From NCBI RefSeq assembly GCF_036321535.1, contig NC_087437.1, forward strand, positions 6,448,001 to 6,512,000: a DNA stretch of 64,000 nucleotides, in the 5' to 3' direction. The position numbers and the translations under genes were made by a program. The stretch comes from Camelus dromedarius. Taxonomy: Eukaryota. Positions 12,041 through 25,399 of this stretch are shown here, piece by piece. Numbering within the stretch: the first letter of the stretch is position 1; each line of letters begins with the position of its first letter. A model generated the notes under the pieces. That model searched no databases. It saw only the letters and a list, made by a program, of their open reading frames with translations, and was not told the origin of the DNA.

Positions 12041-12489
12041 TACCAAACGAACTAAGCCATCTGCCCACATTTCTCCTTTTGGAGTGGTAACATCTCTGCT
12101 CAATATGCGCTGCATTAGAGACTTTACACAATAACTCGACCTTCAGGTTCAAGTTTAAGAATAGTCGAGGACATTTGCTCTGTCTATTGGAAAACACTGA
12201 GCTTGAACAATAGTGTTCTCCAAATTCCAACATGAAAAGCAGAAAAAATTCTGGGCTCATGAAAAGGGGTATGTGAAAAAATACTGTAACATACAGGAAC
12301 AATACACCACCTTTTACTGTTCAGAGGAAGTTCATGTTTCTGGAAAAATTTGTCTCTAAGAAATATGTTAAAATTTTACAAGATATTTGCTTGAAATAAG
12401 GAAATCAATGCCCAAGTACATGGTTTCTTTGTGAAGAGGACAGAAGTGAAGAGTCTGACATAAAAATAGGGATGAAAGGAAATGAGAAA

Positions 12490-14870
12490 AGAAAGAATGT
12501 AAGAAAACTCAAAATCCAGACGCAGAATTAAAATCTACATAGAATAGAGTAAAGGGCAAAATAATAAACCAGTCACATGGAGGACAAACTGGAGAAATTC
12601 TCCTAGAATGCCTTATAGTGGATTTAGAAATTTTTGGTTGCAAGTTAACAGGAACTCCATTCAGTGTAGCCTGTGAATCCTCCTTTGTCCTAATAATGTT
12701 CATATGGAATCTGCTATTTGCAATCAAATTATAAAATAGTCTGAATAGTATATACGAAATATAATTTGAATAATATAATTATCAAGGCTGATTTAACATA
12801 TATACATCACAATTTGTGCTCCACAAATGGGAGTTGTGCCTTTTCAACTGTCCATAGAATAATGTTCCATTTGACTATTTTGTCCTTCTTATAAGAGACA
12901 AATGGAATTAACTGACTCTGATGATTGCAATTTGAGCTTTACTTATATATTTGTGCATTTTTGTGTAAATGTATTATACTTCATTTTTAAAAATCCCCAA
13001 AACAAAAGGAAAAACAAAAAGGAAAAAAACTCAACCACAGAACTGGGAAAAGATCAAAGTATGGAATTGATAAAGGTAAAAGCAGAGATTAATAAATAAA
13101 AACTGAAACAAGTAGAAGAATCGATCAGTTCAAGAAGTACTTCTTTGAAAAAAGAGAAAAAATAAAGAAATATTAGTTTTCATACAAAGTAGATATAACA
13201 GCAAATAAGGTGGAAATTTTATTGAGAATTATACAAACAATTTTATGAAACTAATGTGACTTTGATAACAAAACCTAAAAAATATACAATTTTATTGATG
13301 TAATAGGATCAAAACCCACAATGACATAAGATATTAATAAAGTGAATTAATCAGTTATAGTAAAATAACAATCTGCCAGGATTTAGTTATATTTAGGCAA
13401 AGGTACTCTAGTATTAGGATGTCATATATACATATCATGTCTTTAGGACAAACTGAAAAATTCATCATTATCTTAGTAGTGGCTAAAAAAGTTATTTAAG
13501 AAAGTGAACGTTCATTCATGATAGAAACTCTTAATGAACCAAAAGTAGAATCATATCTCCCTAATAACTATCTTAAACAATAGCACAAATAATTCTTAAT
13601 AATAAAATGCTACAGCACTCTTTCCCAAAATGTCATGAACCTTTATTCCTTTTGGGAAAATTAGCTAAATTTGGTGGATTAGCTAGTCAGTGAGGATAGG
13701 GGTGGGAATAGATTGTCAGTTTCTCACCTCACAGGATATCAAGATAACTTTTAGGTCGATTAAAAAATATAAAAATGGAAATATTAAATTATCAAAGATT
13801 AATTAATCAATTTGCCCTGGGCAAGGGCATTCTAAGCATAAAAACAGTTTAAGAAATCACAAAGGGTTAATAGATTTAACTCCAATAATATTCAAATCTT
13901 CTGTAAGCCATAAAACATTTTTTATTTGTTTTTGTTTTTAGGTCTTTATTTTTTTACAACCTGAAACTTTAGGTTAACAGCAAAATTGAGGAGAAGGTAC
14001 AGAGATTTCCAATATGGCCCCTCCTCTCAAGCATGTATAACCTCCCCCATCATTGACATCCCCACCAGAGTGATGCATATCCTACAATTGATAAATCATA
14101 ATCACCCATAGTCCATAGTTTACTTTAGGGCTCACTCTTGGTGTTGTACATTCTATGACTTTGAACAAATGTATAATGACATGAATCCATCATACACGGT
14201 ATCATACAATTTTCACTGCCTAAAAATCCTCTGTTCCGCACCTCTTCACCCCTTTCTTCCATGCCTCCTTCACCCCCAATCACTAATCTTCTTACTGCCT
14301 CCATAATTTTGCCTTTTAAGATGAAATGCAAAGGGCCATTAAACTTATGAAAGATGCAAAACTGAAGAAAAACAAAATACTAATTGTTTTTTGGTCTCAC
14401 AAATAAGCAAAGAATAATAAAAATAATACTCTAGAATTATGGGATCCAAGGATGTGAATTTATCTAAATCTCTTAATACATACTGCCAAATCACTAGACT
14501 CAACAATTCCACTTCCAGTGTTCTATCTAAAAGAAATAATCAGCAATGTAGACAATAATTTTATAGAAAGATATTTATCAGAAGATTATCATGTATAATG
14601 CATTGAAGTTAGCAAACATTCAACAATAGGAAAATGGTTAGTTATGATATATCCATGAAATGGAATATTACATAGACATTGGAAAGAATTTCAATAACTT
14701 GAGAAAACACTAACAATGCACTATAATGTTGTAAAAGGAAAAGGGATACAAAATTATATGCTTTATGATTCCAGTTGGTTTTTAAATTGTATACAGCTAT
14801 ATATATACTGCACAGCTTTTATATACATGTATATAATACAGCAGGAAAAAACTAGAAGAAAACCACTAAA
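12490..14870 (+). mobile_element. Highly degraded old L1 (ORF2 to 3' end)
   Basis: A-rich L1-like segments such as aaagcagagattaataaataaaa...ttctttgaaaaa and caacaattccacttccagtgttctatctaaaagaaataatc. Confidence 0.5.
13950..14320 (-). mobile_element. L1 3' end (L1MC-like)
   Basis: tttaggttaacagcaaaattgaggagaaggtacagagatttcc...ccatagtccatagtttactttagggctcactcttggtgttgtacattctatg. Confidence 0.75.
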
Positions 14871-14907
14871 ATCTTTAGGTATCTGTTGATAGTTTAGGGA
14901 CAGTTTT

Positions 14908-15042
14908 TTTTTTTTTTTTTGAGGGGGAGGGCGGTAATTATTTATTTATTTACTTTTTTTAGAGGAGGTACTGGGGATTGAACCCAGGATCTCATACATG
15001 CTAAGCATGTGTTCTACCACTTTGAGCTATACCCTCCCCTTC
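14908..15042 (-). mobile_element. tRNA-derived SINE (Vic-1-like) with poly(A) and TSD
   Basis: SINE body at ~14965-15039, T-run at 14904-14920, TSD TAGGGACAGTTTT at 14895-14907 and 15043-15055. Confidence 0.92.
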
Positions 15043-15354
15043 TAGGGACAGTTTTGACAGTTTTCTGTATCCTTTTTTGTGGTTTCCAAATTTTCTATAG
15101 TGAATATATATTATTTTTATAATCAGAAAAAAGAGAGACATTTAAAATCAACTCTTCTGTGTGAGAACAGATCATTCCACACTCAAGTTATTGTGTGGCA
15201 AGTTAAATCTGAGGTTTACACTTTTTTTCGTCCCTGATGATGGTTAATAGAAAGTATTTTCTTTCATTTTAGGATTACTCTAGACTCCCAATTAAGGTTC
15301 TTCCTGGCTGCTGTCTGGGGTGAACTTTGCAACAAGCCTTTAAAAGATTAAAAC

Positions 15355-15820
15355 AACAGCATTATTCACAACCAAAAGGTGGAAGTAACCCAAGTGTACA
15401 TATACAGATGAACAGATAAATAAAATGTGGTGTGTACTTACAATGGAGTATTATTCATGCCTAAAGAGGAAGGCAATTCTGATGTATGTACAACACAGTG
15501 AACTTTGAGGATACTATGCTAAGTGAAATAAGCCAGACACCAAACAACAAATACTGTATGATTCCACTTCTATGAGGTCCCTAGAGTGGTTAAATTCATA
15601 GAGACAGAAAGTGGAGTTGCGGTTGCCAGAGGCTGGGGGGAGGAGAAAAGGGGAAGTTTTTATTTAATGGGTGTGGAGCTTTAGTTTTGCAGGATGAATG
15701 AGTTCTAGAGATTGCTTGCAGAACAAGGACGTACTTAACACTACAAAATCGTACACTTATAAAGAGTAAGATGGTAAATTTTATGTTAAGTATATATATT
15801 TACCATAATTTAAAAAAAAA
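15355..15820 (+). mobile_element. L1 3' end (L1MB-like)
   Basis: cagcattattcacaaccaaaaggtggaagtaacccaagtgt...atactgtatgattccacttctatgaggtccctagagtggttaaattcatagagacagaaag, ending in an A-tail. Confidence 0.85.
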
Positions 15821-16560
15821 GAGATTAAAACAGGAAGAGAGAGAAAGAGGACAGAAAAGAAGGCTAGAAAGCTCAATCCAGCACAAGCACGGTGGAACTG
15901 CACCACTGGCAGAACCTTAGAACTGGGCCACAGAGACCTCACCTTAGATTACTGCAAGTCTTCAATTACTGAGTTTGTTCCCTGCTTTATTAATTCTGTG
16001 AGATGAAAACTCTGCATATCAAGTTGTCATTGATTCATGGAGACTTGGATAACTTTTAGCACACCCACCTGGAAGTAAGCTTTCTTAAACCACCTTCTGT
16101 TAGGGGCTCTTAATCTGGAGATCCACACTGTGGAAAAGTAGTGTACCTGTGGGTTTAGGGCTTCTTTATTTTCATGTAAAATCCTATGCCTAGCTAAATA
16201 TGTGTATTTTTATAAAGGAAACCTCTTTGCTTTTAGCAGATTTTCGAGGGGAACCCACTATTACAAGGAGTGTTCTTTCTCTTCGTGGCTTAGTCTGCTA
16301 AATTTCACTACCCGCATGCTTCAAATATCTAACAATATATGAAAAGGTCCTCTAAATCAAGATTGTATGGATATAACAGATTATTTGAGGGTGACTTTTC
16401 ACTAGTGGAAGTTCATTATGTATATTTTCCTCCATAGTTAGAGTGAGCATGAGTACAAAGAACAAACAAAAATGGTGTAAATGTTAGTCCAGTGCAATCC
16501 AGATTCCTCTGCTTTCTGTCTGTTCAAGGTCTGTAGGTAATTTTGTGTCCTAACCGATTT

Positions 16561-16827
16561 TTTTTTTAATTGAAGTACAGTTGATTTACAATGTTGTATT
16601 AGTTTCTGGTGTACAGCATAGTGACTCAATTATATATGTGTATATATATATATATATTCCTTTTCATACTCTTTTCCATTATAGGTTATTGCAGGATATT
16701 GAATATAGTTCCCTGTGCAACACAGTAGGACCTTGTTGTTTATTTTATATAGTAGTTTATGTCTGCCAATCCCAAACTCCCAGTTTATAACCCCCATTTC
16801 CCCTTTGGTAACCGTAAGTTTGTTTTC
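16561..16827 (-). mobile_element. Short L1 3'UTR insertion
   Basis: T-tail then aattgaagtacagttgatttacaatgttg...; TSD TGTGTCCTAACC(G/T)ATTT at 16544-16560 and 16828-16844. Confidence 0.88.
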
Positions 16828-17209
16828 TGTGTCCTAACCTATTTTCATTTTGCCTGGATTTGTGCTGGGATGTAACTTAAAAAAAAATCAGAACATTTAT
16901 TTGTGAATATTTCTTCGTCTTTGCTTATGCGTTTGTTTAATGTTCACTGTAAAACAGTAGTTTAAAAAATTTCTTGGCAGTGCCCCACAGTTAGAAATGT
17001 GTTCTGTAGTATAATTCACTATACATGCACTCTCACTGACATATATACAGAACAGAAATGCCTCAAAATAATACCCTGTCTGCAAGTGAGATGCTGGCGT
17101 TTTCTTGTTGATTCTATTGCATTCTATTCAATTACATGCCACTTCTTGCTCTTCTGCGTAGGCTTTGAAACGAACTGCTACTTGTGACCCCCTAAATCTG
17201 TGTTTCTCC

Positions 17210-17830
17210 AAGTACGCTTCTCAAATTTAGCTGTGCATTAAGATCCCTCGGGGAGCTTTAAAAAATACTGATGCTTGGGTTCATCCCATATTCCCTCCCC
17301 ATCGCCCCCTTCCCACTACTGAAGATTGTGATTGAATTGTTCTGGGGAAGGACCCGGGCTCTGGGACTTTAAAAAGCAACCTCTGTGATTGTAACGTGTA
17401 GCCAGAGTTGGGAAACACGGAGTTAAGTCCATTTCCCAGTCCTCGGGTAGGTCTTGTCCTTCAGTGTGAAAAAGCATTGTTTGATTATTGTTTGATGGTA
17501 TAGCAATTATAAAATGTTGTTATGACTTTTATTTTTTAAAACAGTATTTATGTTCTCTTTATTATTTATTCAAATGGACCCCATGAAAGACTGGGGCTTG
17601 CATTTGCTCCTGTACCTTTGTACTCAGATAAGCTTGCTTGAAATCATTTGCAGTGAGTGGGCTAGACCAATGCTTCTCAACTCTTAATGTGCGTAAGAGT
17701 CTCCTGGGATCCTTGTTCTACTGAAGATTCTGATTCAGTGTGTCTGGGATGGGCTTGAAACTTGCACTTCTAATGAGTTCCAGGTAAAGCTGATACTGCT
17801 GGTCTATGGACCACACTTTGAGTAGCGAGG
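17210..17830. mobile_element. Two MER5-type (hAT-Charlie) non-autonomous elements (~17210-17420 and ~17668-17830)
   Basis: cttctcaaatttagctgtgcattaagatccctcggggagctttaaaaaatactgatg...; gattctgattcagtgtgtctgggatggg...ggaccacactttgagtagc. Confidence 0.65.
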
Positions 17831-18412
17831 TACTAGACAAAGATGCCTCAGTTCTCCTTTCTGATTGGATCTTTCTCTGCTGTCCGGCCAGCGGGCTCTG
17901 TGCCCTTGCCCCTTGTTAGTTCCAGTTTTGCACAGACCTTGAGGAAGTGAGTGGTATTCTATTTCCTTCCCGTGAAAAGACTAGTAACCTCCTGATTGAG
18001 GCTCTAGATGATAGGGGTTCCTCTCCCAAACACCAAATGGACAGATATGTGAACTTTAGGAACATTAGGCATCAAACCTGTAAACACCCACTTTGCTATA
18101 GTAGTTTGAGTAGGTGTCCCTGATTCTACATCCCCTATTGTGCAAGCAATGCACATGTGTATGTATGTGTGTTGTATCCATTTATAATACAATCCATTTT
18201 CACATCATAATCATTCTTTCTAAACATTGAAACTGAGCAGTGCTTTTACAGCAAGACGTGTGTGCTTGTATTGAGCACTACTTTACATTCAGTTTATCTG
18301 TTTACAGAGTCTATCTCTTACTAGTGTATGAGGACAGGGACTATGCCTTACTCATCCTGGCATCCTCAGAGAGCCTACTAGGGACTCCGCATTGAAGAAT
18401 GGTAGTTTCCCT

Positions 18413-19480
18413 TATCAGTTACCGTGGTAACCCTCAGAGGTACCACCTCAAATCTCAGTGGCTTAAACTAATTGGCATTTATTTAGTCCATTAGCCTGTG
18501 GTTCAGCAGTTTAGGTTGGGCTTTGTAGGTAGTTCACCTGATCCAGACTGGACTTGATGAGTCAGACGGTAGGCTCACCATTGCCAGGTGACAGCTGTTG
18601 TTACCGAACCTAACTTGGGTCCACTCACCCACCTGAAGAAAACCAACCTACTGACACCAGGTTGTGGTGAAGGAAAGTGCAGCGTTGGTTGCAGGCACAC
18701 AGCAAGGAGTGCAGGTGGCTAATGCTCAAAAGACGTGAACTCCTCAATGGCTTTCAGGAAAAGGTTTTTAAAGACAAGGTGAGGGAGAAGGTCATGGGGT
18801 GCGTGATCAGCTTGTGTATATTCTTCTGATGGGTTGGTGGTGAGGTAATCAGGAGTCAGCATCATCAACCTTGTGGTTCCAATTGGTCTGAAGTCTAATG
18901 CTTGTGGTCAGCATGCAGTTAACTTCTTCCACCTGGTGGGGATTCCAGTATCTGCAAAACAGCTCAAGGATGTGGCTCGGAATATTGTCTATAGTCTGTG
19001 AGGAGGAGCTACAGACACTTGACTTTGTTTAATGACTAAACAATTACTTTGTTTTGCTTGACTGTTTTCCTTTGTGTCTGCATTTTCTAATTTCCTCGAT
19101 TAAATTTGTTCTTTGGAATTCAGGGAAGGCCTAGGACGCTAAAATTTTTCTACAAACAAGAGGCAGGTGGAGGACATGGGGGGGTCTGTTCAGAGAAGGC
19201 CCTGTAGGGGTCCTGCTTGGTTACAGGGTGACTAGACATTTGTCTTTCATCCACCAGCAGGATAGCCCTTTCATTTCCTCACGGTGGAGGTGGGGGCACA
19301 GGAGTGCAAACGGAGACAAGCAAGTGCTTTTCAAGCTCCTGTTCACACATATGTGGTGATACCCCAATGGCTCAAGCAAGTTACCTTTCCCAGCCAGAGT
19401 CCGACAGAGAAAACTACCAAGTGATACCTCAAAGGAGGGCAAAGGATTAGAGCCATTCTTTGCAATTAATCAACCACAGT
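18413..19480 (-). mobile_element. MLT1-type LTR interrupted by a MER34/MER39-like LTR
   Basis: accacctcaaatctcagtggcttaaac... on the left and ...caagcaagtgcttttcaag...ccattctttgcaat on the right. Confidence 0.55.
18599..19225 (-). mobile_element. ERV1-type solo LTR (MER34/MER39-like)
   Basis: TGTTACCGAACCTAACTTGGGTCC...GGTCCTGCTTGGTTACA with TG...CA termini; TSD not recognisable. Confidence 0.75.
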
Positions 19481-19501
19481 GGTTTTCCTTTCCTCCTCCA
19501 T

Positions 19502-19648
19502 TTTTTAAAAAAAAAGCCAAACACAAAATAAGAATTAATTCAAAAAGATACATACACCCTGCTATTAACAGCAACATTATTTATAATTGCCAAGATACGG
19601 AAGCATCCTAAGTGCACATCAATAGTTGAATAGATAATGAAGATGCAG

Positions 19649-19680
<32 letters not shown>

Positions 19681-21940
19681 TATGTAAAGGAATACAACTC
19701 ACCCATAAGAAAGGATACTTTGCCATTTGTGGTCCTTCATTCACTTTTTTTTTTTTTTTGCTTCAAAAACCAGAATTTTATAACTGACATAAGCATTTCC
19801 ATTATATCAAAAACAACAAAATACCCAGAAATAAACCTAACCAAGGAGGTTACCTATACTCCAAAAACTGAAATGACACAAAGAAATGGAAAGATTTCTT
19901 GTGCTCTTGGAGTGGAAAAATCAGCACTATCAAAATGGCCACACCACCCAAAGCAATCCACAGATCCAATGCAACCCCCATCAAAATACCCACGACATTC
20001 CTCACAGAACTAGAACAAACAATTCCAAAGTTCACAAGGAACCACAAAAGACCCCAAAAAGCCAAAGCAATCTTTTGTAGGTCTTTTTTCTTTTTCCTCT
20101 TTCTTCTTTTTGTTCTCTTTTCTTATGGTTTGACGACTAGAGAAGGTCCTTTGACATTTGTTGTAAAGCTGGTTTGGTGGTGCTGAGTTCTTTTAGCTTT
20201 TGTTTATCTGTGACGCTTTTGATTTCTCCATCAAGTCTGAACGAGAGCCTTGCTGAATAGAGTATTGGTTGTAAATTTTCCCCTTTCATTACCTTGAATA
20301 TATCATGCCATTCCCTTCTGGCCTGTAGAGTTTCTGTTTGAAAATCAGCTGATAACCTTATGGGAGTTCTCTTATATGTTATTTGTTGCTTTTCTCTTGC
20401 TAATTTTAATATTTTCTCCTTATCCTTAATTTTTGTCAATTTGGTTACTATGTGCCTTGGTGTGTTCCTCTTTGGGTTGATCCTGTGTGGAACTTTCTGC
20501 ACTTCCTGGACTTGGGTGGCTGTTTCCTTTCCCAAGCTGGGGAAGTTTTCAGTGATTATCTCTCCAAAAATTTTCTCAGGTCCTTTCTCTCTCTCTTCTC
20601 TTTCTGGGACCCCTATAATGAGAATATTAGTGCACTTCATGTTGTCCCAGAGTTCTCTTAACCTAGCCTCATTTCTTTTCATTCTTTTTTTTTCTGTTCT
20701 GCAGTAGTCATTTCCACTAATCTGTCTTCCAGCTCACTGATCCGTTCTTCTGCCTCATTGAGTCTATTCTTGGTTCCTTCTAGTGTGTAATTCATTTCAG
20801 TGATTTTGTTCTTCGACTCTGTTTGGGTATTCTTTGTATCTTCCAACTCTTCGCTGAAGACTTTGCTCTGTGCATCTATACTCCTCTTGAGTTCTCTGAA
20901 CATTTTTGCCATCATTACTTTAAACTCTTTCTCAGATAAATTGACCTGGGAGATATTCCTCTGCCGCCTCATATCGTCTATCTTTCTATGTGTTTGTGGA
21001 TTCCTTCCATAGGCTTTGGGATTGTTGTTTTCTTATTTCTAGTATCTGCCCCTGGTGGGTGAGGCTGGACTAAGGCTTATGCAGGTTTCCTGGCAGGAGG
21101 AGCCGATGCCTGCCCACTGCTAGGTGAAGCTTGGTCCTGGACCTCTGGTGGGTAGGGCCATGTCTGTGTCTTGAGGCCTTTGTGGCTTAGGAGGTCTGCT
21201 GATGGGTGGGCCTGTGTTCCCACCCTGTATGTTGTTTGGCCTTAGGCTTCCCTACAGGCTGTTGGGTGGGGCTAGGTCTTGGTGCTGATGATCCAATCAA
21301 GATGCCAGACTCCAGGAAAGCTCATGTAGCTGAACACTCCCAGAATGTCCGCCACCAGCTTTTAGATCCCCTAGGTGAGCCGCAGCCATCCCCCTCATCC
21401 CTAGGAGATCCTCCAAATCCAGCAGGCAAGTCTGGCCCAGGTTCTTATGAAATCACTGCCTCTGCCCTTGGACCTGGCGCACGCGAGTTTCTTTGTACAC
21501 TTCCCAGGTGAATGGAGTCTCCATTTCCCCCAGCCCCTTGGGGCTTCTGGAGCCAAGCCCTGCTGGCCTTCAAAACCAGGTATCCTGGGGTCTCCTCCTC
21601 CTCCCAATGCCGGCACCCAGGCTGGGGAGCCTGATGTGGGGCTTAGAGCTCTTGCTGCTATGGGAGGGCCTCTGCAACTTAACTATTCTTCAAACTGTGG
21701 GTTGCCCACCTAGGGGGTATGGGGCCCAGTTATATCGTGAGCCCACCTCTCCTACCATCCACCTCTCCTACCATCCTGCTGTGGTTCCCTCTTTATGTTT
21801 CCAGTTGCAGAAGCTATTTTTCTAGATTCCAGTTTTGGGTTTTTTTTTTGATAGTTGTTTAGCATTCAGTTGTGGTTTCATTGTAGTCATGAGTAGAGGC
21901 AAGCTTGTGGTCTTACCACTCTGCCATCTTGACCGGTAAT
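19502..21940 (-). mobile_element. Half-L1 (HAL1-like) element: L1 5'UTR, ORF1 and a 3' region made of antisense L1 ORF2 fragments
   Basis: TSD CTTTCCTCCTCCAT at 19488-19501 and 21941-21954; 5' end contains CAAGATGGC (YY1-type motif); ORF1 at 20972-20137; plus-strand ORF2 pieces at ~19535-19730 and ~19800-20074. Confidence 0.8.
20137..20972 (-). pseudogene. L1 ORF1p (coiled coil, RRM, CTD) with one frameshift
   Basis: ORF 20679-20972 (MRRQRNISQ...EAEERISELED) and ORF 20137-20682 (LRELWDN..NILIIGVPE..ENFP..PRHI..IRLSADF..ARREW..KPALQQM) join at the T-run 20685-20693. Confidence 0.92.
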
Positions 21941-24220
21941 CTTTCCTCCTCCATCTTCACGGTATCATCCCCACCACCCAGTCTAAAATCCCTGCAATAG
22001 GTGGAAACAGCAGAATGATACTGAAGTCCTTCCTGATTTTAATTCTGAAGCCACTAGTTAGGTCTGCCATAATAGAGGCTTGATCTCAAGTGATTCAGTC
22101 AAAGATGTGAAGATCCTGATTTTTACTGGAGTGCAGCCTGGGTTTCATTAGAGTCCATTCTTATGTCGGGTGTATCAGCCACAATCCTCTCCACCTGCTG
22201 GTGCCTGATCCTTCCAGGCACTGGGCCAACATTCAGGGAAGCAGACGCCCGTGTGTTTTAATCAGCATCTGTATCTTGATTTGGGGGGGGAGGGGTGCTC
22301 TTTGAACCATGTTAAGCAAAAACATACAAATTACCTTAAAAACACCTTGATGAAAAGTCATTTATCAACTTTCTCATCATTGTTCACTCAAATACTGAAC
22401 ATGCGAGTTAGTAGCCTACAGCACTGACTTCACTGAACCCCAAATAAGAAACCTAATAAATGCTTAGTTTAACAAAGTGATCATAAAGAAACCATTGATT
22501 ATAATAACAAGAAAAACTAAATAACCAATGTCGTTCTCAGTGCCCTCTTACTCTTCTGCAGCAAGGAGATATATTACAAGAAACATATGCACATAATTGA
22601 GAGGCAAATCGAATTGCTGAAAAAAAGACACTCAACTGGCAGCAATAAAATTTAGACCAAATATCAGAAAATTATTAAGCCTGGCAGTGACATTGATCAG
22701 AACTCTCTTTTCTTATTTGGTTAGTCCTGGGAGGGCCATTGAGTTGCTATTTGGTATAAGCTGGTGAAAAGGTAAACTAATCTCACTAATGGGCAGACAG
22801 TACAGAAGCTGTGCTTTCTCTCTTCATTACAAGGAAGGTTTCAGGGGTAGTTGAAGCTTCAGTAAGATGATTGGGCTTAATACATTATTCATTTCCCAGG
22901 AAGTTAGAGACTTGTAGAGATACACACCTCAGCTCAGTGGAAAACTGTTCTGCTGGCCTCAAGTAAAAGTGTGAAGGAAGTTGGTCATATTCTCAGACCC
23001 TAGCCTCAACCCTTTTCTCCAGGAGATACTCCTTTGCAAATCACCACTTGTTTTCCTCCCTATCAAAAAGACCTAAACCCTTGGGCATGTCAATATTGAT
23101 GATGGATAACAGGTCAAAGCATTCTTTCTCCCAAAGGGAGTAAAGTTACTGAAGAGTTTACAGAAGAAGGTGTATACACCATTTCCACCCCTAAAATGAC
23201 ATCAAAGCAGCTCTCCTTTTACAAGGCAGGACCCGGAAGTTTAGATTTCGTTGGTGAGTACGGATGCCACACCATCCCCAGAGTCTCATTCTCATTATCT
23301 CCCAGCTCTGTCTCCTTGACCTTCTAGTGCCCACCTGGCTATGCCCCCTCCTTAGACGTTTAAGCAAACATCAGCCTCATGGGGGTGCCCCTTCCGACCC
23401 TACAGTCCCACAGAACTTCTAGGTTCTAGTGGTACCATCTTCTCCTATTCGCTTTCCCAGCTCTCAAGGTGGTAGTTTTACCTGGTGTTTTCTCTAGGTC
23501 ACTTCGGCATCCCACTTTCAACCTTTTGATGCCTGGGTAACAAGTCTCCGTATTAAAAACCTCTGTTTGAAATGTCTAGCATGGTTCCTGCTTTCCTGAA
23601 TGGATTCTGACATACTACCTAGAGTTAGAAATGATTTTATGTTCTCGTCCAGTGTTTAAATTTTTATTTCTTTTAAATTTAATTGTTACCTTTGTCAAAG
23701 GACATAGTTCAAAGTATCAAATAGTGCAGTAGGCCCCTGCCCAGTGGCCTGCTGGTTAATGATGAATGAGTTTTTCCTGTAGGTGTGATGATCTAGCCAT
23801 GGAACTATGGTTAAGACCTTCAAGTGCATGACTGACACCTGCTAGCTATTTGTGGGTACTGGTCTGGGCTCAGAGGTCAAGTAACTTACCTAAGAGCAGT
23901 GGTAGTCCTTAGAGAAGGTCTTTAATTTTTCTTATGGAAATACGTCCCAAATATTTACCAAGATGATGATAATATTAATCCATATAGGAAAATTTTGTTG
24001 ATTCTTTTTACAAGTGTCCAATCCTTTGAAAATTATATATGAATACTGTTAACTGGCTTATTAATAAGTGAGTCAGCTTGAAAACAATTTTAGGAATCTA
24101 TCCTGTGACTTATTTTTCTAATCATAAAATATTGAGACCCAAAATGTATGTCCATGTAATATCTTTCAGAGACAAAAACATAGTATACTGTTTATGTTTC
24201 TTAGATGAAAGAAAATTCAG

Positions 24221-24277
24221 AATAATTTTAGTGGTAAATAATTTTCAGTGATAAATAATTTTCAGTGATAAATAATT
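24221..24277. repeat. 17-bp tandem repeat, about 3.4 copies (AATAATTTTCAGTGATA)
   Basis: Units at 24221-24236 (imperfect), 24237-24253, 24254-24270 and a partial unit to 24277. Confidence 0.85.
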
Positions 24278-25104
24278 AGATGCTGCCTGAGTTCATAATA
24301 CTTTAATACATTATTATTTTGCCTAAAACATGTGCAAAAGCAATTTACGATCAGGCAAAAATAGTTACAGAGACAGATGCCATTCTGGGTCACCCTACTC
24401 TTTAAATAAAGAATGTGGGTTAATGCTGATTAATTTTAATAAACGCCTTCAGAGATATATATGAGGAGGCATACCAACTGAATCTTGTAAATGGTTTCTT
24501 GAGACCAAATTCTTTAAATCCTTCCAAAACCTGTAGTCATTTTAATACTATCAAATGCTGGTTTAGTATATTTCACTATCATCAGAACTGGGAATGAAAT
24601 ATTTGGGGTGCAACTAATAATACTCAGACCTCGCTCACATTGTTTCATGAGAGTCTACCTTTTATGAAGCGAGTCCCATCTCTCTGAATAATTTGTTCCA
24701 TAACCCAACTCATTCTGTTGGTTAGAACTCGGATATTATTGCATGATCTTGTTGAGAGAAATAGAGTAACATCCCAAACAGCCAAGTAGTTCTTTTATTC
24801 ATTTTCAATAATAATCTAAAAATGGGACCACAAATGGATTTATGCATGTGGCACTGTTTGAAATAAAAATGATCTCTTTTACAGGGTTCAATTCTTCAAG
24901 GAACTGCAGCAGCATTCTTCTCTCTGTGTGTTCTGCTAATGTTTTGTTGAGTTTTAACCACTTATTTGCTCTTATAAAATGTCCAGTGGGGTCTGTCTGC
25001 TTGAAAAAGGTTTGTGCTAAAGTTAACATATATCCTACATGAAGGAATATATAGAGGACAAGGAAAATCAATGCATTAAATTGAATGAACGGAATTATCT
25101 CTCT

Positions 25105-25260
25105 CTTTTTTTTAATTTAAGTACAGTCAGTTACAATGTATCAGTTTCTGGTGTACAGCACAATGTCCCACTCATGCATATACGTACATATATTTGTTTT
25201 CATATTCCTTTTTCATTAAAGGTTATTACAAGATATTGAATATAGTTCCCTGTGCTAGAT
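25105..25260 (-). mobile_element. Short L1 3'UTR fragment
   Basis: ttttttaatttaagtacagtcagttacaatgtatcagtttctggtgtacagcacaatg...gatattgaatatagttccctgtgcta. Confidence 0.8.
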
Positions 25261-25399
25261 CAAAGTTGGTTTTATTTTTTATTTTTGAATTGTCTTAATG
25301 ACTAGAATGGATCATGCAGTGATGGAACTGAATTTTACCCCAAAGTGCCTATTTCAAACCTTTCTACCTTTTTGACAGTGGATTGTCTTAGTTACAGCT

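Noticed and set aside
24221..24277. Short direct repeats as a CRISPR-like array
   Set aside because: Head-to-tail repeats without spacers in a mammalian genome.
24805..25071. 88-aa ORF as an exon of a cellular gene
   Set aside because: Better explained as the start of the decayed RT domain of the ancient LINE.
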